DNA from: Antedon mediterranea
Taxonomy: Eukaryota; Animalia; Echinodermata
Assembly (NCBI RefSeq): GCF_964355755.1
Contig: NC_092678.1
Span: forward strand, 15,030,371 to 15,094,370
Direction of reading: 5' to 3'
Length of the DNA: 64,000 nucleotides
The translations under genes were made by a program, and so were the position numbers. A model generated the notes under the pieces. The model saw only the letters and a program-made list of their open reading frames with translations. It was not told the origin of the DNA and searched no databases. Of this stretch, positions 14,340 to 26,300 are shown one piece after another (position 1 is the first letter of the stretch; each line of letters starts with the position of its first letter).

Positions 14340-17300
14340 GTAATTTGACAAAAATTTAAATTGCAATAGTATGGCATACTGGTAATAGTACGCTTAATAA
14401 TAATTATTATGTTTTGCTTCGTTTTTTACTTTCAAACGTAAGAAGGTATTGTACTATATGTTAATTATTATAAACATGATGCAACTTCTCTTGGTATAAA
14501 TAATACATTTTAGCGACTTTCAATTAATTTGATTTAAAAATATTTATTTATTAAAAATATAACATTTTTTATTTTTTTAGGAAGGAATCAATGCTCTACA
14601 TATACATCTAAGTGATAGATATGTTAAACCTACGTTAGAAATAGTGACTAATCTCATTAATCTTGGTGTATCTCCAACATTACAGAATAAGGTAAAGTAC
14701 ATAAGAGTGGGCATATATTCCCGTGATCTAACATTGTGTAATTATCGGGTGGGACTCAAACACACATCAGATCACGAGTATGGTGTTGTTCATAACTCTA
14801 TACCTCCATCAGAGTGGTTACAGCAAGCAAATACAGTTGGAACCCACTAACGTTCGTGGTACCGAGATTAAATCTCTAAATGGGGAATTAAAAAATATAT
14901 TTTTTTAATTATCCGCATCCTTTGTTTAATTTAATTTGTTATTGTATAAAATAAGTACGTGTGATTTATAATGAACTTGAGAGAAAAGTGCCTTACGTAC
15001 GTCTTCAATATTATGTAATAATATATCTTCATATCACATAGCATGAGGTAATAGGGATAGAGATAATTTATATACAAGATAAAAAAATAAATAAGATGGA
15101 AATAACACAGATCAATTAAAATATATTGACTTTACTTCTTGTTAGATATCATCTTTTTAAAGGAACATCACCTCTCCTAAGCGAACTTTTAATTAAATTA
15201 GTGACCACCACTTTTAAAGAACCACCGCCTCTTGTAAGCGTCCATCACTTTTAAAGGATCACCACACGTAAGAAAGGTGGTTTCTTACGATGTATGTGTC
15301 ACATAATAGTTTAAAGGACATTGGAAACCATAATCAATTCAAATATACACTTAAACACATCTTCTGCATTGCAACTTATGATTTAACTAAGATATGGTTG
15401 TTCATTAAGATGGTTGGTGTATGTTGTTTTTTTTATGTCGGGAGTCCTTATGGCAACAAGCTCTAGACCTTATAGAGTTATCATCTTGCTCTCATCCTGT
15501 CATTTTATTATATGTATTTGTAATACAGTATTGATGAATGAGCAACAAATATAAAACAAACCAACGTTCTGCCATTCCTTATAATTGTATGAGTAAAAAG
15601 TATGAGTATTCCTATATCTGAAGTGTTTGTGAACACAATATGTCTTATAATATTCATATTGCATCAGCCACAAATAACAACAATCAATCATGTTATCAGT
15701 TGTGTCTAACAATAAGAATAAGAATCCTTATAGTTTATGTTTATGATTTATTCACAGAATGGATACACACCGATAAATATTTATCTGGAGCGTGATGATG
15801 TTAAATTAGAGATATTGTACTGTCTGATAACCAATGGTGAATCACCAACTTTACCAAAGGTAATTTGAAAAAAAATTTAAATTACAATAGAATAGCATAC
15901 TGGTAATTGTATGCTTAATGATAATTATTATTTTCGATTTATTTTTACCTTCAAACGTAAGAAGGTATTGTACTGTTAATTATTATTAACATGATGCAAC
16001 TTCTCTTGGTATAAATAAAACATTTTAGCGACTTTCGATTAATTTGATTTAAAAATATTTATTTATTAAAAATATAACATTTTATATTTTTTTAGGAAGG
16101 AAGCAATGCTCTACATATACATCTAAGTGGTAGATATGTTAAACCTACGTTAAGAATAGTGACTACTCTCATTAAACTTTGTGTATCTCCAACATTACAG
16201 AATAAGGTAAAGTACATAAGAGTGGGCATGTATTCCCGTGATCTAACATTGTGTAATTATCGGGTGGCGCTCAAACACACCTCAGATCACGAGTATGGTG
16301 TTGTTCATAACTCTATACCTACACAAGAGTGGTTACAGCAATCAAATACAGTTGGACACCACTAACGTTCGTGGTACCGAGATTAAATCTCTAAATGGGG
16401 AATTAAAAAATATATTTTTTTAATTATCCGCATCCTTTGTTTAATTTAATTTTTTATTGTATAAAATAAGTACGTATGATTTATAATGAACTTGAGAGAA
16501 AAGTGCCCTACGTAAGTAAAGTAGTAAAGTCGAAACCTAAGCTAATGCTAACGGTCTTGGTGCCCATCTCCATTTCCTTAGAGTTTGGGCCAGGCACCAC
16601 TAAGTGTTTATGTATGCGGGGGTACGCCACTCCTCCCGCACAAACGAGTCTGATTTACCTTCCCAGTACTTTTAACATACCGGTACCCATTTATATCAAC
16701 TGGGTGGGGAGGAACAATGTGGATAAAGAATCTTGCTCAAGGACTCAACACCGCAGTGACCGAGCCTGGCTTGAACCGGCAACATATTGATTGCAAGTAC
16801 AATGCTCAAACCACTGCACCACAGTGCTCCGCTAAGTGCTGTCTTACGTACGTCTTCCTTATTATGTAATATTACATCTTCATATCACATAGCATACGGC
16901 AATAGGGATAGAGATAATATATTGAATGAATTATCAATTTAACTATTTTTTATGTGGACATGTCATTATAAAATGGTTGAATTTAGAATGATGACTGGAA
17001 GCAATGTTCACATTAAGCTGTATGTATAAACTGCACGATTATGATTTCTTTTGTCAGTAAGATTGCAAATTGATATAATTCGGTCTACGTTCAGAGCATA
17101 AGCACCAGTAAAATCTTTTATTTTAATTTATTTGTGTATTATTTATCATTGCATAACTAAAATGATTTTCTGCAATAACCTGTATGTATAATTTCTTTAT
17201 ACACTGTAAAAACGGCGTTTAGATTCTAAACGCATAGCTTGTACCCACTTTTTCCACACGTTTAGCTCGATACATGTTTAGCTTTTCTATGCGTTTAGAT

Positions 17301-20300
17301 TCTAAACGCATAGCTTGTACCCACTTTTTCCATACGTTTAGCTTGATACATGTTTAGTTTTTCTATGCGTTTAGATTATAAATGCATAGCTTGTACCCAC
17401 GTTTCCACATGTTTAGCTTTACACATGTTTAGTTTTTCCACGTATTTTTACATAAAAAAAAACAAAATGCTGTGGATGACAAAACATAAATTCAAACAAA
17501 CCAAACATGTACAGACTTATTATCAATTTTATTTTTCCTTAACATTGAAATACATTTTAATTGTACTTTTAACTATTCACATTACACTATGGCATGATCG
17601 GTGTATGATAAGATTAACTAGATTCTAATTGTTTTTGTTTGGGATAAGACAAGTCCCAAACAGCACATTAATAATAGGACCATCTTAATTATGCTGGCAT
17701 CACTACAATCAATAGCCTCTCTATCGGCCAAAATGAACCCACTATTGTATTTGTCTTCATCATCGAAGCTGACATCACAACCAGGCGAGGTGGCTCAGAT
17801 AGTTTAGAAGTTTTTCGCCTAAAATAATGAATGACCACCAACATTTTTAGACCTTTAATTTTAAACAATATATATGGGTAGGACTTGCAGTACAACCAAA
17901 TTATTTATTTTAGCCAGTCTTTATCTAGCCAAAGAACACAATAATGGAAATTGCGTATACAGTATAAATAACAACATTTAGTACCTACCTCCACTAAACT
18001 TATCACATCTTCATGCTGTTTTGTGCTTTTTAGGTTGACTGCCTTTTGAGGCTGTAGCAAAACCAAACAAACACTTTTGTCACTGTCCTCATTCTATCAA
18101 GACATTTAACATAATTAGTACAAAATTAAATATAGACTACATACAGTTTGCCATCTTATATAGTTGTTATACACGAAAATGCACGACAATTCAATTCAGG
18201 TATCCAGAGGCTTCTTGGGTGGATGCTAGATTGAAATTAGGCTGGGTGCAAGCACTTGAAATAAGCTCTAAGAAATTACATCTCTGCTGTATAGGTAAAA
18301 TACATTCTGATCATTTAAACTAAATTATTAGAAACCAATCCCATTAAATTAGGTATAGTTCTAGATCCATAAAATAATGTGTATGCTTACATTTTCCGGC
18401 TCTGTATTCATCAGAATGTTAATCATCTTTTGCATATTTTCTTAAAGTTTCTCACAGTTAGGTTCAGCCCTCAGCAAGAAGAACTCTTTCATTATCTATA
18501 AAAAATAAGAAAAAAAAGTTAATAGGCGTCATGTAAACTATTTAATTTATTACAATGAACATTTTTATTCCCTGTATTATATTAATTAATATCATTCAAA
18601 TAGGTTTTTATGGTAAAAAACTTTGACATTCTGTGTATGTGTGTTTTTGAAAAACAATGTGATGCGCCCAGGTATAACCATACCAATGTCATCATGACCA
18701 TTATAAAGGCACATGATAATTATTTTTTTTGTCAAATAAAATTTGACAGTCTTGACCTAGCATTTCAAGTTAAGGTAACGTAGTTATACGTATGCCATTT
18801 GATCACGCACAATACAACACAAACAATTAAAAAATGTTCAACATCCTAAAATTAAAATTTGTTTCAGTCACTCATCCATACATTAAGATACTACATAACA
18901 AAATATAGCATTATGAAATTACATTAAAACTCACTGGTTTTAAGGATAGGAAATTCTGTGACAATGGTATGTACATCACCATCCTTCAATAGTCTTAGCC
19001 AGTCTCTTCTCTTGGCAAATGTTTCTCTCTGCAATCTTGTCAGTTTTGGTTTGTCCATATTTACTTCACTGTACTGCTGCTTCATTATACCAATTGCTTC
19101 CTGATATGTTTCTTCAGTATCATCACCTTAGATTAGAACAATTAATAATACTAGATGGTACGCTCGCTTCGCTCGCGTACCATCTAGGTCGTGCCCACAG
19201 ATGGTTCTCGAATACATAATAATTTCAGCGTTAAAAAACTGGCGATTTCAAATGTACGTACCGCAGGACAATAATGTCGTTTACAGGAACGGATAAATAG
19301 ACACTGTGATTTATGTACTCAACTAAAATTAGCACCCTGGGAATTACTTCCGAAAGAGAAACTTGTCACAAAATGAGACCAATTGTTTAAGTCAAATTTA
19401 AACAAACTTAATTTGTGTTTTATATGTAACATTAGGGTTGAGGGATGGAAGAGGAACAATTTTTAAATATATTCTTTATCCATTTAGTAACGAAATATTA
19501 ATTGTTTTCATGTTTTACAAATAATATACCACTAAACCATGGAAGTATTTATACCCCCATGACTAAACACAGTAAAACATTGCGATGTAATACTTTGTTG
19601 AAACTATCACCGTCCTAGTCGATTGAAAAGTACAGTACGTGTAACGATACATCACTACGACGTGTATATGTTTATATAATGTAAAACAATTTGTGAAAAC
19701 CACCTCTATTCGGGGCAAATCATAAATTCGATTTAATCGTCAATAAATATTAAATTATCTAACTCAACTTAATCAGTAGGCCTAATGGTTTTCAATTGTT
19801 TCTTAGAGCTAATTCATACTTAAGTTGGTTCCTACCCTACCCACCAAAGTTGTTCTGCGTTTAGGGCATGTGGTGCACTGTAGGCCTATCCTCTACTGGC
19901 TTTACAACGCTACTCATGCCAGTGAGGGAAGGGTGGTTTAACTGCAATAATAAAGATTTGTACGTAATATACGGCGACTGAAAACGCTAGCTCATTATCC
20001 GTTTAAAAAAAATTTATATCCAACCTCTGCAGCACAGATTGAAAAAAAAAATGGATCGAATTTCTGTTATGAGTATACAGTACTTGAATTTACGACGCCT
20101 GAGGGAATAGAACTTGTGGAACAGAGATTGGAAAGTTCCATTCATCGCAAATCAATACATTTGTATAAACGTATATTAAATCTATCAAAATAATACTTTT
20201 TAAAGAAAATCGGCCTGTCTTCAACATTATGATGCTGTACTCGAGCTGTTCAACCGATTTTCAGCGATCAAAAACAATTATCGTAGGAGGAGATAGGAAA

Positions 20301-23300
20301 ATGCGAAGCATCCTCGCATTATTGTATGCGGGTATTTTTCAAGATGGACATGCATTAGACAGTGTATACCACGATCGGAAAACACCCCTATTTGGAGCAA
20401 ATCGTTGAACCTAAATTCGTTTTAATCGTCAATAACTAATTTTCGAACTCAATTAGTAAACAGGGTTACATCAGGTGGTTAAAATCAGTATCGAAAGTAC
20501 GAACCAACTTTATATACCATCGAGTAAAAATTCTAGAAGTAAGGCGCGATTGACCGAATTTTGCCCTTACGTAAATTTATATATAGATACTGTAGTGTTA
20601 ATATAGTGGAATTGAAAATTAGAATATATAGTTCAATACAACACTTGAGTTAGATGATTATATAATTAGAAAATTGATTGGGCATTTGTCGATGTAGGCC
20701 TATACTAGAATTAGAAACACACTACAAAAACATATTTGGATTAGCGAATCATATGTAGGCCTAGTTGATATTGAGAAAATCACTACTAGTACTACTATCT
20801 ATTAAGAGCCATTGTCTGTAAGAATCAAAGAAATATCAAAAAAAGTGGCAGACTAAAAAAAATGGATTTCTTTCAAATTTTGCACATGGCTATATATGTG
20901 TTGAGAGAAATCAAATATGAAGTATTTTTTATTTCACACGTATATTTCCATGGCAACGGCCAAATTTATGTTTTTGACAAATTTTGTCCTTTTTTAAGGT
21001 TTTTTAAAATGGATATTGGCACTACTTTGATGAACGATATTTTTGTGTTGTTCATTTAATTATAAAAAATAATTAGTGTATGCATAATAACAATGCATTG
21101 TGTACCTGTTTCAAAATTTTTTATTTTTTTTTATTTCATACTTTGGGAGATACCATTTATTTAAAAAGGGGTGTTTTTCACTTTTTTTAAATTGTTCAAT
21201 GCAACTAAACTTTACTTCACCATAACGCCCAAAGTGGTGTATTTTTTTAGCTGATTTATTACAAATAGGTAGTTCTAATGTTTAATAATTGATTTCTAAA
21301 ATAAAATACTGGGGTAAATTTAAAATCTACAAGCAGTGTTGCGAGAAACATAGGCATTTTTATATAAAAAAAAAACATGGTATATTAGTAAAAACATTTT
21401 ATTTTCTTTGATTATTTGATTTGAAACTCATTGGTCAGAAAAATTCTTAATGTTTTATATAGTTCTAGTTGTGTTGTGAGAAAAAAAATTAATTTTTAAT
21501 TATAGATTCTGTAATTCCCAGTTTTAATGTCATTTTATAGGTTATATCCTCTGGAAATTTGAATAAATTATCAGATCGTTGTGAATTTTAATCTTTGCAA
21601 CAGATTACTCCTCTCTTATTTTGAAGCTCCTCTTTCATTTGTTTACTTCTTTTATTTGCTAACCTAAGCAGATCCCACATGCCCATCCACCACCACTTTC
21701 GACTACCACCCCTCCCCACCCCCACCCCGACTATAACCACAAAAAGATAAACTGCAACACTTTGGTCGATCATCCACTATAGAGTGTCAAATGCATGCAT
21801 TCAAGCACCACCCACACTGCCGCTACTATCGCCCCAATGAATAGACGGATTCAAACTCCTCCATCCCACCACCTCCCCCTTTTCTCCAAGCCCCCACCCA
21901 CCCCAAGTTAAAAATTGCAATGCAAAAGATAGGACATAAAGTTAAGTTTTTAGACCCTCGCCTTCAACCACCTAACTATTTAAAAGTCCTGGATCCACCA
22001 CTTTCCCCTCCCCAAAATAGAACCAATCAAAAGTCAATGATATACTCAGGTATGTTAATGCTACATAACAAATATTGAAGCCCTGATTTGAAATTTCATT
22101 TCATTTAAGGTCAGCATGTAAAATATCACACTTTATTATTAAATATTGGTTTTAAATTCTATATTTTTTTTACTGTGATGGTTGGATTCAGTAATAACTA
22201 TTAATTAATAATTATCTGATAATTATTTATTTTCCCTTAGTTATGCATAGCAACAGTTACTATGGTAACTAAAAATGAGATATTCTTTAGATTTTGCATA
22301 TTTATCTCATACAAATTTAAATTTGTAGATTATTAGCAGGCATGCCTTATTTGCATTTTCAAATTACCGTTTCACAAGGTCATATTCGTAAGCACTTTCT
22401 TCTGTGATTATTTTTATTCATGAAAACCCCATATTTTATTTACAGCGGCCACCTCCCTTAACGGACGCACTTTGAAAAGCCTGTTTGTTCTTCCTATCTA
22501 ATTAGTGCATTTGGTGCTTACCGTAAGCAGCTGCGAGCACCTCTTTATACTAAAAATGAGATTTTTTGTAAGAGGCCAATCGAAAAATGTGATACTTATT
22601 GCATGGACCTATGAATTAGAGGTGCATGTTTATTGTATTTCTTTATATATTAGCTTTATTTTGAAGAGGTTTTAAAAACATTACTGTGAAGAGATGAGAA
22701 AACTAGACAGATTTTGACCGACCATTTTTCATATGATAAAAGTTTTTAAAATTTGTCTGAAAATGCTAAAAAATACTAAACCACCTGATTATAAATAATA
22801 ATATGCCTACAATTAGCTGGAAAATTGAGAGGCTCGTTTCTTTAAGAATATCGTATATAGCCATAATAAGTGATTTTGGCCCTTTATCGGCAGAACCTCC
22901 CGTAAGGGGTCACCGCCCGTAAGCGGCCACTTTTCTAGGTCCCGAGGGTGGCCACTTACGGGAGGTTCAACTGTATTTAACAAAACAATTATCCTTAGTT
23001 ACGCATAGAAACAGGTTCTAAGATAACATAAATAATACATTTTGACATAACTTGACCCAAAAAATGACCCTTTCACAAGGTCAGACATTTTCTGGGATTC
23101 AGTAGATAAGTAAATTTGGGAAAAGGTAGTAAAGCTATGTAATCAATTGTTTGTAGTCATGAAACCCCATATTAAAAATATTGTACTTAGTTACGTATAG
23201 AAACAGTTGCTACAATACACTATAGGTAAAATGTTGATGTCATTTGACCTCAATATGTAAAATTTTTTTTTTTCATGAAACTCCATATTTAATTTTTTTT

Positions 23301-26300
23301 TTAATATCATTTGTTACGTAAACAGGTTTAAGATAACACTAAAGGTAATTTTTTTAAACCTTTATTCAGATTCGTCAAGACTTTCTTTCTGAGATTATTA
23401 GGATTCAGTATTTAAAGTAAATTTGGCAAAAAGTAGAAATGTAAAACTATGTAGAAAAAATGTTTTTTATTTATGAAAAACCCCTTATTTTTTTTAAATT
23501 TTCGCATAGAAACAGTTACTATGGTAAAATGTTGACCTCAAAATGAATGAATTTACAAGGTCAAGTTTGTCATTAATGGAATGCAGTAGAAGTAAAATTG
23601 AGAAACATGTACAAATGCAATCAATTCTTTGTATTTATAAAAACGCAATTTTTTACGTTTTTTTTTAAATTACTTTCCTTAGTTACACATAGAAATGGTT
23701 GCTAAGGTAACACTATAGGTAAAATATGAAAATTGTTGAGAATTGTTATGAACTATCTTGTAAATTTTGATCAAATATTAATAGTTGTAGTAAAGTGGGG
23801 ACCTGTCCTATTTTGCATTCTGACCCCTTTTGACCTCAAATGACCTATTTACAAGGTCAGATTTTTTGGGAGGTCTTTCTGTATCTCTTTACACAAAATA
23901 GATTTAAAAATTTATAAAAACTATTGACTCAATTATTTCCAAGTTTAACATTATTTTCCATCAACTAAATATTTCAATGCAAAATACTGTTTTTCTGGCA
24001 ATTAATTGAAATAAACCTGGCAACACATTCTCCTATTTTATCTAAACTATTCGTATGACTCTAGTAGCATTATGACAAGCCATATATACATTTTATTATT
24101 GGATTAGCCATATTTAAATTGTGTTTCATGTGTTTTGTTTGTTGATATTTTGTTATATTTTTTGCATTTTTCGTATTTTCCTGCCAACACAAAACCTATG
24201 TACGAAATTTACCCCAGTGTTTTTTTCGTGATTATTGTTGACAAACCTATTGACTATCAAATTAAAAAACCTCATTGATTTAAAAACACCACTTTGGAAG
24301 TTATAGGTACGTTTATGAGGTATACTTTTATAAAAAAAATATTTTTTAAAAACACCCCTTTTTAAAATAATGGTATCAACCAAACTCCATTTTGTAATTT
24401 TTTTTTTTCTATATTAAATGGAACTCAATACATGTTGTTTACACTGCTATAAACAAAAACTGTATACTGTAAGTATTTTTGGTTAAAATAAGTATACAAG
24501 TTTGTACTTTTTCACTATAGAAAATCTGTGAAAAATGGCAAAAACATCAAAATTTGGATAATTGACCGTTGTCATGGCAACGGAGGCTAAAAATTAAAAT
24601 GAATGTTGTAGATATGCTTTTTATTGAAATGTCTATTCATGGTAAAAATTTGAGAGAAATCCATTTTTTTACATCTGCCACCAAATCTTTGATTTTTACA
24701 GACAATGGCTCTTAAGTTGTGTCTACTAGGCTACTCTACTTGCTTTGATCCTAGCCCATAAGAGTAGGCTACTCTACTACTTACAGGGCTTAAAGATAGT
24801 AGCCTAGGTAGGCCTATATTACAACCCTCTCTCTGTCTACCTAGGCTAGGCCTAATTAGTTTAGGCTAGCCTAGGCCTGACTGAGGAAGGAGCCTACATG
24901 CTTCTAGGCTCCTTGCTAGCCTAGCCCCTACTAAGTACTATACTAGCCTAGCTCGGCCTAGCTAAACCTCTAAAGCTAGGCCAGCTAGAGTAGTAGAGGC
25001 CTGGCTGAGGCTAGGCCTAGTCCTAGGCCTATGCTAATAATATAATAATTATTACAATACAAGACGAACAAATGGGATCCTTACCGTGTACACATCATTT
25101 TCTGTGTGTTTAATTTTAGTAATAATAAACCGATAATGTGGATTTAAATTGTGTAGAAAGAAGAAGACGATATGAGACGTCATGACAGTTGATTTTTTTT
25201 CAAAGAACGGCGCCAGAGAGAAGTCAGCGGATCAACCTTCTTTTATTGGTTTATATCTCAAAGCATGTGATCACATGGGGCACGAGGGCGGACCATGATC
25301 AAATAATGACCTTAATAATAATAGATAGTTTGAATTTGTCTTGTATGTCTTGTATTAGTCTAGCCCGTATTTTTTGTCGAATATACGCCCCGGGGTAGTT
25401 TTGTTGAGGGACTTTTTAGGGGAAGTTTATTTGAGGGAGGTGTTTATTTACTAATTTGATTTTAGTTACTTTTTGTTTTTGTTCAGGCACTTTCAACACA
25501 AGCTTTTGCTTTTTAGAAATTGTGCCTCCTTCATAATATTGTTTTATTCATTTTAAAGATGAGAAAAAAATTGTATTGTTTTAACTATCTTTCTTCTCGT
25601 CATGAATTTTGTATTATATTATTTATTTTGTATATTATGGGCGGAATTTATTCGAAGAAGAAGGATAAATAAACGCCCGGGGCGTTTGATCGAGGGATTT
25701 TTTATTCTAAATTACGTTCCACTGTGGGTGAGAGAGGAGTTTATTCGAGGCCGGGACCAATATAAGAGCGGTAGCGATTTTTCGCATAAATGGTGTGTCG
25801 ATACCAATAATACTTATTGATAGGTATAGAAGGTTAAAATTGAATTCCAGACAAGTCCAAGTTTATATTTATATAAATCATAAGGTTTTTAGTTTTTAAA
25901 GCTCCACATGTTTAGCAACCATAGGATAAATTCAACTCATGGCATATGAGTGCTAAACATGTTTAGCTAGTGACATGTTTATACACGATCTTATAGGCTA
26001 AATACGTAACCAACATGTTTTAAAGCTCCACGTGTTTAGCTGATTATCCAGCAGCTCTACATGTTTAATTGACCCATGCGTGGAGCCTATGCTTGGAGCT
26101 TTAAATTAATACAGACATAATCCTATACAGGCAAGCTAAACGCTTGCTAAACGATTGCTAAACGTGTTTATTCCTAAACATGTGGATAAATTCAACACGT
26201 ATGAGACACGTTGAATGCTAAACACGTGGAGCAATACAACACATCAGTCTACACGTGTTTATATTTTAAACTGCTTGTAGGTTAAACACGTTTAAAAGCT

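Larger units (their letters stand above)
13544..16512 (+). repeat. Tandem duplication, ~1.52-1.53-kb unit carrying two ankyrin exons (A+B)
   Basis: 13544.. matches 15078..; exon offsets 1523 and 1515; a third, decayed copy at ~2300-3190. Confidence 0.9.
17700..25099 (-). pseudogene. Spliced accessory gene remnant of the CACTA-like element (SAMD3-like family)
   Basis: Putative exon 1 ATGATGTGTACACG|gtaag (~25085-25098); exon 18935-19126 DDTEETYQEAIGIMKQQY...LQRETFAKRRDWL...IVTEFPILK; a further exon at ~18392-18495 has an in-frame stop. Confidence 0.55.

Noticed and set aside
24720-25035. TAGGCCTAG-rich palindromic tract as a specific regulatory array
   Set aside because: Irregular low-complexity sequence within a TE intron; no periodicity
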